DNA from: Eledone cirrhosa
Lineage: Eukaryota
Length of the DNA stretch: 64,000 nucleotides
NCBI GenBank assembly: GCA_964016885.1
Contig: OZ024740.1
Location: 360,964,001 to 361,028,000, forward strand
Direction: 5' to 3'
In this document: positions 24,271-36,004 of the stretch, in pieces
How positions within the stretch are numbered: position 1 is the first letter of the stretch
Layout: every line of letters begins with the position of its first letter
Notes under the pieces: model-generated
What the model was told of the DNA's origin: nothing
Seen by the model: only the letters and a program-made list of their open reading frames with translations
The model's database searches: none
Translations under genes and position numbers: made by a program

Positions 24271-25045
24271 TCACTGGTGATGATAGTTATGGAATGGTGA
24301 TAAAACTGGTGATGATAGTTATGGAATGGTGATGACACTGGTGATGATAGTTATGGAATGGTGATGACACTGGTGATGATAGTTATGGAATGGTGATGAC
24401 ACTGGTGATGATAGTTATGGAATGGTGATGACACTGGTGATGATAGTTATGGAATGGTGATGACACTGGTGATGATAGTTATGGAATGGTGATGACACTG
24501 GTGATGATAGTTATGGAATGGTGATGACACTGGTGATGATAGTTATGGAATGGTGATGACACTGGTGATGATAGTTATGGAATGGTGATGACATTGGTGA
24601 TGATAGTTATGGAATGGTGATGACACTGGTGATGATAGTTATGGAATGGTGATGACACTGGTGATGATAGTTATGGAATGGTGATGACACTGGTGATGAT
24701 AGTTATGGAATGGTGATGACATTGGTGATGATAGTTATGGAATGGTGATGACACTGGTGATGATAGTTATGGAATGGTGATGTCACTGGTGATGATAGTT
24801 ATGGAATGGTGATGACACTGGTGATGATAGTTATGGAATGGTGATGACATTGGTGATGATAGTTATGGAATGGTGATGACACTGGTGATGATAGTTATGG
24901 AATGGTGATGACATTGGTGATGATAGTTATGGAATGGTGATGACACTGGTGATGATAGTTATGGAATGGTGATGACACTGGTGATGATAGTTATGGAATG
25001 GTGATGACATTGGTGATGATAGTTATGGAATGGTGATGTCACTGT
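24271..25045 (+). repeat. 32-bp minisatellite, about 24 copies
   Basis: Unit GGTGATGATAGTTATGGAATGGTGATGACACT, near-identical copies with an occasional ACATT or TCACT variant. Confidence 0.95.
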
Positions 25046-25611
25046 TGATCACGGTAACAGTAGTGAGGATAATAACAGATGGTTATGATGATGATGATGA
25101 CAAAAGTAGGAAAAAAGGGTTGATTAAGGTATTCTATATTATAATGTTTCTACTGTAATGTCTGTCAGTCTGTTACAACTCTGACGTCACAGTACCATTT
25201 CTAAGAAGTAGTTTTTATTAGTTAAAAGCACGCATACATAAAAATGTTTATTGTCAGTTTTTTTTTCATGTTCTTTATTCTTCACACACAGAAAAAAAGA
25301 CATTGTATCTGCCAATATCTCACTCTTTCACTTTGTCTGCCAGTCCCCCCTCCCCTGTATTTTTCTATCTATTTATCTATATCTTTCCATACTTATGGTT
25401 GTCAGTCAATAAAACAAATCAGGAGACGAACAGATATGACCCGCTTGTTAAGCTGTATATTTATACATACACACACACACACACACCAATGTAACAATGT
25501 CAAATGATGATGATTACACACACACACACGTGTGTGTGTGTGTGTGCATGTGGACAGGGTGTCCCAAAAAATGTATACACACTTTGCTTACCAATATAGG
25601 CAATATATATA

Positions 25612-26229
25612 TATACGTGAACGACAAAGCATAAATGAATTGAGAGAGAGACTGAGCATAAGAGGAATCAAATGCTGCGTGCAGGAGAGGCGGTTACGCT
25701 GGTATGGACATGTGATGCGTATGAAGGATGACAGCTGCATAAAAAGGTGCAGAGCACTAGAAGTTGATGGAAACCGCGGAGTGGGGAGACCCAAGATGAC
25801 TTGGGATGAGGTGATAAAAGCCGACCTTACCCAACTACACCTCTCAAAGTCAATGACACACGACCGTGACTTCTGGCGTCACGCAGTAATACAGGGTACC
25901 CGACCTCCCATGGGTACATGCTGAAGCATATAAACAATATGCCCCCCCCCCCCCCCACCGCAAGGTGGTCGTGGAGGTGCCACGGCAAAAAAGCACCCAG
26001 CCCACACTGTAAAGTGGACGTGTAGGCGCCACGAAAAAGCACCCAGCACTCACTGTAAATGAGGTTGGTGTTAGGAAGGGCATCCAGCTGTAGAAATCAA
26101 GCCAGATCAGTTCCTGTATGAGCAAGGCATGGTCAGCCGACCAGACACTGCCCACAACAGGACAACCCGTCTAACCCATGCTAGCGTGGAAGAACGGACG
26201 TAAAACGGTGATGATGATGATGATGATGA
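25612..26229 (+). mobile_element. RTE LINE 3' fragment (left arm of large fold-back)
   Basis: ORF 25532-25924 contains RRLRWYGHVMR..GRPKMTW, followed by the 3' UTR and (GAT)n tail. Confidence 0.9.
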
Positions 26230-26299
26230 TATATATATATATATATATAATAATGATGATTATATATATACACATACATGTGTGTGTGTGTGTGTGTAT

Positions 26300-27037
26300 G
26301 ATCATCATCATCATCATCATCATCACCGTTTTACGTCCGTTCTTCCACGCTAGCATGGGTTAGACGGGTTGTCCTGTTGTGGGCAGTGTCTGGTCGGCTG
26401 ACCATGCCTTGCTCATACAGGAACTGATCTGGCTTGATTTCTACAGCTGGATGCCCTTCCTAACACCAACCTCATTTACAGTGAGTGCTGGGTGCTTTTT
26501 CGTGGCGCCTACACGTCCACTTTACAGTGTGGGCTGGGTGCTTTTTTTGCCGTGGCACCTCCACGACCACCTTGCAGTGGGAGGGTGTGGGGGCATATTG
26601 TCTATATGCTTCAGCTTGTACCCATGGGAGGCCGGGTACTCTGTATTACTGCGTGACGCCAGAAGTCACGGTCGTGTGTCATTGCCTTTGAAATGTGTAA
26701 TTGGGTAAGGTCGGCTTTTATCACCTCATCCCAGGTCATCTTGGGTCTCCCCACTCCGCGATTTCCATCAACTTCTAGTGCTCTGCACCTTTTTATGCAT
26801 CACATGTCCATACCAGCGCAACCGCCTCTCCTGCACACAGCATTTGATTCCTCTTATGCTCAGTCTCTCTCTCAATTCATTTATGCTTTGTCGTTCACGT
26901 ATATTACTGTTACACATCCATCGGAGCATGCAGGCTTCGTTTCTCTCTAATCTACGTAAGTCTTCCACCTTCAGCGCCCAGGTCTCACTACCATGCAACA
27001 TTGCTGTTCGGATACACGCATCATACAGTCTGCCTTT
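26300..27037 (-). mobile_element. RTE LINE 3' fragment (right arm of large fold-back)
   Basis: MLHGSETW..RRLRWYGHVM on the minus strand with an (ATC)n tail at 26300; reverse complement of 25612-26229. Confidence 0.9.
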
Positions 27038-28462
27038 ATGATGATTATATATATAAACAACTGTCTTCTTTTTCTATCTCCAGGAGTATTTAACACGATT
27101 TTCTAAACTATTATTTATAATGATCAACTATTATTATAGTCATTTGCGTTGGGACAACCACATTCAGTTTTCACGCACACACTTAGCTTTGGTATCAAAA
27201 TGGTTAAAAATTTATAACTGCCGTTGGCACTGCCACCATCTCCACCCCACCACCACTACTAAATAATATTGCTGTTTTTGGTGGTTGTTTTCTTGTTATA
27301 TTTTCAAATTACAGCTACATTCCACGCCTGTCATCAAATAAAATATTGTTTCTCTATTGGTTTATTTATAATGGTGAGTGTTGGGATGAGTTGGATGGAA
27401 GCCCCAGTAGGCTGTTTGGTGCAGCATGTGTGTTTGGTGCAACACACATGATTTGGTTGTAGGCTAAATATTCTTCATGCAATGAAGAATATCCTTAACC
27501 CTTTTGATACCAGCCTGCCCCTGGTTCTGTGTTACAAAATAACCAATGTTAACTCTTAATATCCTGTAATGATTTAGTAGAAAATATCTAATGTTTGTTA
27601 ATTTAAATGTTCATAGTATCTTATTAGTGGCATATTGTTGTGAATAGTAAAGACATTCTTTACCATATCTCTTATGTGATGTAGTCAAAGTGTTGTTTTG
27701 TAGCTTTTCAAAAATGTATTGCTGATGTAGTTTCATGTGGTACAAGATAATACAAGTTAGAGTGTTCATGTTATATATATTCCATCATAATTTTTTATAA
27801 AAACTTGTGAAGTCATTTTCCAAATACCATTTTCAGGTTTTTGATAACAAAACACCTGAAACTACTCCTGGTTCTAAGATGCAAGGCTGTTTATTTTAAA
27901 GTGTTTATATCTATCTAAAAACCTTCCATCATAATATTATCTAAGAATCTTTGTTAACCCTTTAGTTACAAATCCGGACAAAACAAGCTCTGGTTCAATG
28001 AAATAAAGTCACTCATTTTAAAGGTTTCCAATTCAAATTAAAATCTTCCAACATAATTTTATATAAAAACAATATGTTAAGTTACTATCTTAGTAATGAA
28101 ATAATTAATAATTTTAGTAAACCCCTCAAAATTCTTCATTAATTAATTGAAACGGAGTATTTCATTAGAAATGTGGTCATGAAAAGGTTAAGTTATGTTC
28201 CAAACAACAGCTTAATAATGAGAAAGTTATTTCATTAAATCCTTCTAAAACTTTTATTATTTTCAAAATATTTTGAAAATTATAGGCAGTGTCTTTCATT
28301 AGAAATATAGTATGGTCAAAGTATTTATATAAAATTTTCAATCATATCATGTAAGAACCATTAAGTTCTATGAAAAGTTATATTATTAATTCCTTCTAAA
28401 TTCTTAATTATTTTCAAAATTATTTGAAAATCATAGACAGTGTATTTTATTCAAAATATGAT

Positions 28463-28643
28463 AATTGTTTCTACTTTTGGCACAAGGCCAGCAATCATCC
28501 CAGTGCATTACTGGTACTTTATTTTATCGACCCCGTAAGGATGAAAGGCAAAGTTAACCTCGACGGGATTCGAACTCAGAATGGCAAGGGCCGTAACTTT
28601 ATGCGTCAAAGCATAGCGTCCGACCCTCTACCGATACTGCCAA
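28463..28643 (-). mobile_element. tRNA-derived SINE, second family (Meta/Sauria-like central domain)
   Basis: Reverse strand A-box TGGCAGTATCGG, B-box GAGTTCGAATCC, then aactttgcctttcatccttacggggtcgataaaataaagtaccag. Close copy at 44318-44497; older copies near 35370 and 54505. Confidence 0.75.
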
Positions 28644-29394
28644 AGGTGTCACATAGTAAAACTAAATCTGAAGACATGGTTGTGAAGTGAACTCTTTAAG
28701 CACACAGCCATGTCTGCACTCATGAAAATGAAAAAAAAAAAAATGAAATTTACAGCTCACACATGTGCAGGTTTAGCTGCATTCTTACAAGGTTGGATCT
28801 CATAAAAGATTTCTTAAATTTTTTAATGACTGGGGGTCGCAGTCCTACCATGAAAAGCAACATGAAATGAAGTATTTAGCTCAAGAACATAATGTGCTGC
28901 CAGGTATAGGAGCCAAACTCATGATGTTTTGCAGAAATGACAAGAAATGAAGGAAAAATAAGAAATGAGAGATAAAAACAGTGAGAGGAAAATCAAAGCA
29001 AATCTGAAGAAATATTTTGCTGTGGAATGTCAAAAAGTTCACTACACAAGAAAATGTCAATAACCCCCCCCCCCCTCTCTCTCTCTCTCAAGTGCCAGCA
29101 ATAAACAAAAACAAATGTTTCAGTAAAGGTTATTTTAACATTTTGTCATGACTGGACTGGCAGGCTAGATGATGAGGTCATAGCCATTTTATTTCAGATG
29201 GAGCCATAGGTATGAGGCTTTACCAAATTGTTGTACAACTCAGGTTCAGCAAGTAAATAATTATCTACAAACTCATCTTTCTTTTATGTGATGTAGTCAA
29301 CATTTTAGTATTCTTTTACTCTTTTACTGATTTCAGGCATTAGACTGCAGCCATGCTGAGGCCTTCAAAGAATTTTAGTCGATCATATCGACTA

Positions 29395-29930
29395 AGTGTT
29401 TATTTATGAACACTGTTTCTTCATCGTTTCCTATAAATGATAAAGTCCATTTGGGAAAGATGCCCAGCTGGATGTCTCTAAGTCCACAGTCTCCATTTTG
29501 GTTTCTGGAAAATAGTATTCCCAGCTAAGAGATTATGTCGTTGTAGAAACTCTTCAAGGAATATACTGTTTCTGTTAGTATTCTGGTGGTATAAAAATTT
29601 GCCTCTAATTTGTGCATTAGAATCTCCTTTAATAATTAATATGGTATGTGGGAATACTTCAGAAACAGTGGCACTCAGTTGATTGTTAAACTGTTCTACT
29701 TCCTTTTCCAGCAGATGATTGTGGGATATATAGCAACTTATAACAACAGTAGGATGTAAGTGAGCAGCAGTTTAGAGAGCCAAAGATCTATGGTCTCTTT
29801 GGTTGAGATAATCCCCTCTGGATTCTGATATCGGAGGATGCTCATCCAGTTGGATTCAATGAACATGCTGGCAGATAAGTTGAAAAACCAAACATCACAC
29901 TGAAGAATGTTCTTGAAGTTGACACTGGGT
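29395..29930 (-). mobile_element. Decayed APE endonuclease fragment of an RTE-like LINE
   Basis: Manual translation: VVISCY..GDSNAQI..NTNRNSIFLEEFLQRHNLLAGNTIFQKPKWRLWT*RHP..SQMDFII..*RNSV. Confidence 0.72.
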
Positions 29931-30556
29931 TGGAAGCAAGGGAACTTCTGATGGACATGATGAGCTGGAGAAGGAACTTTGTCATGGCACCAATAATGGA
30001 TATGAAGAAGAAAACTTATTTATTTTTCAAGTCTGGTACTTATTTAACCAATCTCTATTTGCTAAACTATGGACATAAACAACACACATCTTTCATGAGA
30101 TATATGGTTAAAGAGACAAAAATATGACATACTGGCATTGAGGAACAGAGTGGACAATAGAGTGAGAGTGTGACATGCCAGGGCTGCTACACTGCCCCTC
30201 AGCTGATAAAGCAGGCTAGGATACGCCACTAGACACAGTCTTAGTAAATAACTGGAACAAAGAACCTCCAGATTGCATTTATTCTTTTGACTCATGTGAT
30301 ATACATCTCTGCCCAGTCACAAGTTAACATGGGATTAAACTACATCATCACCATCATCATCATCAACAACAAGCTCGTTAACAATATATATTTACATAAT
30401 AACAGCAAGTGTTGTGAGAGTGGTACCAAAAAGGTTAAGGACATTCCTGCATATATTGCAAGAAGAATGTTTAGCCTTCTACCATATCATGTGTGTTGGA
30501 CCAAACACGCACGTCACAAACACATGCTGCACACAGACAAACATTTTCCCTATTAA

Positions 30557-30771
30557 CCCTTTAGCATTTACATTACTCTATATATAGCATTATATTTTCA
30601 CAGTAAAGGCTTTATCTCACATAACATCTCACATAATATCGAATCTATGAGATTTTGTTATTTATTTTGTGAACAATGCCTTAACATTAGTATGAGTGGC
30701 AGGTTACAGCTGGTTTTAACAGAAAGGTGAGAGAATTCTGGCCAGATATGGCCAGTTTAAATGCTAAAGGG
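30557..30771. mobile_element. piggyBac-type MITE
   Basis: TTAA|CCCTTTAGCATTTA ... TAAATGCTAAAGGG|TTAA. Confidence 0.82.
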
Positions 30772-31843
30772 TTAAAGTAAGAGCTAGCCTTGCAGGTCCC
30801 ATTACAAGCTTCTCCATTTTGCCCTATCGTCTGCACCTGGCTTTCATTTTCTTTTTCAGCGTTTTTAGTCAAGCATTTCTTGGTCTTCTCTTTCCTCTAC
30901 TTTTTTCCACATTCATTTCCATCACTCCTCTGAACCAGTCACATTCACTGAACCATTTCATTCCATTTCTCTTCACAACATTCACCACTAGCTCTATTCC
31001 TCAACACATGACCTGACCATCTTATTACATTCCTCTTCATAACATTCATCACTGGCACTATTCTCATCATCCTCTACAATTCAGTGATTGTCTTCCTCTC
31101 TTTCTCTCAGCAAACCTCCATCCTTATTTCTATTTTTTCCAGCTTTCCACTCCCATAAGTGAAAGAGACAAAGAGATACATAACTCAATGATATCCAACA
31201 TGTAATCTGGCACTACTGGTAGCATAACACCTACAAATACTAATAACAACTTAGAGGGATTGAAGTAAATACCCCAAGGTGCTTTACTGATTCTGTCAGC
31301 AATATATATAAAAGTTTTTAACAGACAGTTTCAGACATGATCATAAGCTTGTGGGTTCAATTCCTGAATCAGGCTGCATGTTTTTGAGCAAGACGATTCA
31401 TTTCACATTGCTTTTCATATAGGATTGGGGACATTCTCATTTAAAAACCTAAGAAATGTCCTATGAAATACTATCTAACAGGAGGTTAAACCTGTAGCAG
31501 TAATATATATCCTTTGTAATTAAATGTATTTTCCTTCGGCGGAAGAAAAATGTTACGGAAGTAAATTGGCTGAAGTGTGAGCCAATCAAAACCTTCAGTG
31601 TAGCGATACAAGTAACTGGACTACTTAGACCAGAGAACGGAAGTTAAGACAGAAATCCAGAAAAATCTGCTATCGTCAAAACGTCAATTCTTCGATACGC
31701 CATATCCTGTCGTATCTCACACATGGAAATACAGGCAAAATGAGTTTCACAGTGTGAAGCAAGAATAAATGAAGTACATACTTGTAATGGAGTTTGTCTA
31801 TTTAATGCCTTCTGATCTAACGACTTACAGTCTTCATTATAAA

Positions 31844-31861
31844 TGGTGACCCCGACGTGAT
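31844..31861 (+). other. Primer binding site complementary to tRNA-Trp
   Basis: TGGTGACCCCGACGTGAT, the 18-nt complement of the metazoan tRNA-Trp 3' end. Confidence 0.9.
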
Positions 31862-32663
31862 ATAAACAAGCATTTTTGTACAACAAATATAAAAGAAAGA
31901 AAGAACGCTGTCACATTTATCATTTGCCTGCATGCACAAACACATTTTGTATCGACATGTATTACATCGAAATGCATTATTAACAAAAAAAAACAAAACA
32001 AAAAAAAAATGATTGGTAAATTATTCCATCGTGCGTTATAATTTTTTTTTTTTTTCACTGCGTCTCAAAATTTGTATTTTGCACATAAATCCTCCTGGAT
32101 TCTGATTGGGTGATGCAATCTTAAAAAATTTGCCTGTATTCCGGAGCATTACGAATGGCCATTATATGTCTTCTGCGTTTGTTTGCCAGCCAATTTGATT
32201 TAAAGGCAACGCCTTTTTGAAAAATATAAGAAAAAACTTTTTCTTATTCTTAACATTTTTCCTCTCTACCGCCCGGTGTTCAGGCGATTTTAGTGCCTAT
32301 GGTGGAGACTACCACAGTCGACCAGCTAGCTGCTTTGGCCGACAAAATTATAAGTTTCACTGGAAACCCTGCCTCCTATGTTGCACCTCGGCCACCGGCT
32401 GCGGTCTCTTCGTTCTCTCCAGCAGCTGCCGTCCACACCGATCACTCACTTGCGTCTGTGGCAATACTTCAAGCCATAGAGCAACTCACCAAAGAGGTGA
32501 GAAAATTGAGTACCTCCAGGGCTCAATCGCCCAGACGTCGCTTTCAGAGCCGTTCGCCCTCGCCACGCCGCCGCCACACAAGCAAGCCAGGACTGTGCTA
32601 CTACCACAGCCGTTTTGGCACGACGGCACGCTCTTGTAACCAGCCCTGTTCGTTTTTCATCCA

Positions 32664-32706
32664 GGGAAACAGATTTCAGGAGACCTGAGCACGGCACAGT
32701 CTCCTC
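32664..32706 (+). other. -1 programmed ribosomal frameshift signal (gag-pol)
   Basis: In-frame G-GGA-AAC heptamer at 32664-32670, 7-nt spacer, stem-loop AGGAGA..TCTCCT. The -1 frame is open from the heptamer into the protease DTGA. Confidence 0.8.
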
Positions 32707-35589
32707 TGACACTCCCAAATAATCGTGCATTCTTTATAACTGACACGTTTTCCCAAGCTCGATGTCTAGTGGATACAGGCGCTGCTTGCAGCATATGGCC
32801 GCTAAAACTTCTCAAAGAGAAGCCGCCAGTTTCATCCATTTCTCTGCAAGCCGTAAATCATTCTCCTATCTCCACAAATGGTCAAATTTCTTGTTCTTTG
32901 AACCTGGAATTGCGAAGAGACTTCACGTGGATTTTCACGGTTGCTGATTTGCCTTACCCTATTCTAGGCTCGGATTTCCTGCACCACTATAACCTCTTAG
33001 TGGATATGCGCAGACGCCGGTTGTTGGATGCTAATACGGAACTCTCTGTTCCGGGTTTGAAATCTACTGTCTCATCTATCAGCCCGGTATTCTTCATCGC
33101 CGCTTCAGAGGACCCTTTCCAGTCACTTCTAAATTCCTTCCCGGAATTGACAAATTTTAAGTTTGTGGTGAGCAAGCCTACTCACTCCACAAAACATTAT
33201 ATCGAAACTTCTGGCGCTCCTGTATTTTCTCGCCCTTGCTGCCTCCCTGCGGAGAAATTGAAAGCAGCGAAGGCTGAATTTAACCACATGCTACAGCTGG
33301 GTATCATACGCCCATCCTCAAGTCCGTGGACCGCTCCTTTGCATTTGGTTCCGAAGCGTTCCGGTGATTGGCGTCCCACTGGGGACTTTCACCGGTTAAA
33401 CGCGATGACGATACCCGATCGCTACCCGATCCCACACATACAAGATTTCGCGTCTTCGCTTCATGGATGTAAGACATTCTACAAATTGGATTTGGTCAAG
33501 GCTTACCACCAGATTCCAATGAACCCGGCAGATATACCTAAAACTACCGTAACAACTCCTTTCGGAGCATTCGAATTTCTGACTATGGCTTTTGGTTTGC
33601 AAAACGCAGCCAGTACTTTCCAACGGGTGTGAGCTGTAATAACAACATACGTATGTGTGACAGGACTGGAGGCCCCTATCATTAAAATACCTTGAAAATC
33701 TCCTAAGACATGCATCCTCATAGAAAGCCATCTAAACTTGCATGGGTGAATTATAACAACAATACGATAGGATTGGGGCACCCTATCATTAAAACACCCA
33801 AGAAACCTATGAGATACAACCTCATAGGAAGCCAGCTAAACCTGCATTGGTGTGAGCTGCAATGACATGATAGGACTGGAACACCTATCGTTAAAATGAC
33901 CCCCAAAACTCCTGTAAATTTCTTTTTTTTTTCTTTTAACAAATATTGAGGGAAAGAACAGATGACTACTTTACTGTTGCTTTATCAGCCCCTAGTGGGA
34001 TTAGAACTCTGTATATAAAGGGATGTAATTAATTATGAGATTTTTATGGTCAACACTACATATTATGCCAGTTACTGTTCCTACCAAAAATAATAACTTC
34101 TAACATACATAAATGATGGTGATGATAATGGTAGTGATGGTGATGATAATGATAATTAGGATGATGAATGATACTGATGATGTTGATGATGATAATGATG
34201 GTAATGATAGTGATGATATAGCCATGATGATGAATGAGGATGGTGATGAAGTTGATGATGGTGACAGTGATGATGATGATGACAATGACAGTGGTGGCAG
34301 TGATGGTGATAATAGTGATACTGGTGTTGGCCATGATGATAAATTACACGTCAGACAAATACACATAAATGTGTGTGTGTGTGTGTGTGTGATGATGATG
34401 TGTGGTGTGTATGCTGACGGTATGTAGTGTAATGCGATGTAGTAGTAAGTATGTTTAGTGAAAGTTTAGGACACAGGAAAAGGGAGGGGAAAGGGCTAAT
34501 AATCAATAAGAAGAGCTTCCTTCCAGAGAGCAGGTGTTAAGTGATCCGTCCCCCACACTCTCCAAACAGCCTCCCCCACCCTAGTGCAAGTTACCATGGA
34601 TACTGACCTGAGGCCCTACAGATGAATCATAGTTATGTTAGTTATTTATCAAGTATGTGTATGCATGAACATGCATGCATGTGCATGATGTGTGATGCAT
34701 CTGCATGTGTTGACGAGAATCATCAAGTTGAGGAATGCAAGAATGTGGGTAGGAAGGGGAGGAGTAAAGCCCCTGTTCCACATCCATACTTTCAATCTCT
34801 CATGATCCAGTTTTTCCCACTTTGACATTATTTACTTTTGCCTACCAGCTTCTTCTTGTTATTGGTTATATTTCTCTGATAACCATTTTCATGTCAAACC
34901 ACCCAAAACAATCCCTGGTTCTATGATACAAAACTTTATCTTAAAGTGTTTATATTTATTTAAAGACCTCCATCATATTTCTATGAAATAAACCTTTGTT
35001 AAGTTATGTTCCAAACGCCAGATAAATAATGAAAAAAATTGATATATTACTAAATCCCTCCAAACTTTTGATTATTAAAAAAATTATATGAAAATAATTG
35101 GTAATGCTTTTCATTAAAAATATGGTAAAGAAAGGATTAATTTATAGTAATTTTATGTAAGAACCCTTGTTAAGTTATACTCCAAATACTAGCTAATTAT
35201 GGGAAAGTAATATTAAATTTGTCTAAATTATTGATTATTTCAAAATTATTTGAAAATTATAAATTATAAATTATAAATTATTAGAAATATGGTAATGAAG
35301 GGGTTAATCATAATTAACCTTAGGTTAAATTATGATTAATACATCATCATTGTTATTATCATTATAAGGACAGTGGATTGGCAGTATCAATGGAATGTCA
35401 AAGAAAATGTTTTGTGGTATTTATTTATGACTTCTGAATTCTAATCCCACCACGCTCAAACTTTGCCTCATCCTTCCAAGGTCGATAAAATAAAGTAGCA
35501 GTTAAGTACTTGGGTCAATATAATCAACTTTCCTCTTCTTGCAAATTGCTAGCCTTGAGCCAATGTTCATCATGATCATCATCATTGTG

Positions 35590-35965
35590 ACCACAGTCGA
35601 ACATTCCTGACAAAGTTTCTCCAGGATCCAGGATTTCCCATTGCTCCTAGTAACTGCTCCCTACCGAGATTTGTATTGTCTGAGAGTTGATTGATGAAGG
35701 TTCGATCGGGTCTTCCTCTACTCTATCTCCCATGAATTGGTTCCCATAATAGTAGCTTGTATATATACCTTCCTGCTTACTTCTCCAGCAATGTCCTGCA
35801 AACCGTAACCATCTTTGAGATATTGTATTTGTTATTTTGGGCAAGTATCCATATAAACTTTCATTTGTAATACATTGATGCCAGTTTGGTTTGTACAACC
35901 CTAAGCATTTTAGTGCATGCACCATCTAGTTTCTTCTCAAGTGCTTGTGTCAGGGTCCAAGCATG
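35590..35965 (-). mobile_element. 3' fragment of a different RTE-like LINE
   Basis: WHQCITNESLYGYLPKITNTISQRWLRFAGHCWRSKQE. Confidence 0.78.
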
Positions 35966-36004
35966 GAAGCTCAAGTTCTCTCTCCTGGTGGTGGTATCAA
36001 GTTT

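Larger units (their letters stand above)
31515..33630 (+). mobile_element. Truncated Ty3/Gypsy LTR retrotransposon, CsRn1-like (5' LTR, PBS, partial gag, protease, N-terminal RT)
   Basis: Putative LTR ~31515-31841 (TGTAAT..ATTATA, containing AATAAA; left boundary uncertain). tRNA-Trp PBS. Gag [18 protein letters not shown], protease [51 protein letters not shown]. No YxDD, RNase H, integrase or 3' LTR. Confidence 0.9.

Noticed and set aside
24271-25045. Regular 32-bp repeats resembling a CRISPR array
   Set aside because: Head-to-tail units with no unique spacers, no cas genes, and a eukaryotic intron context.
34056-34427. Asp-rich and His/Ile-rich ORFs
   Set aside because: Degenerate (GAT)n low-complexity DNA; the same applies to 20442-21335.
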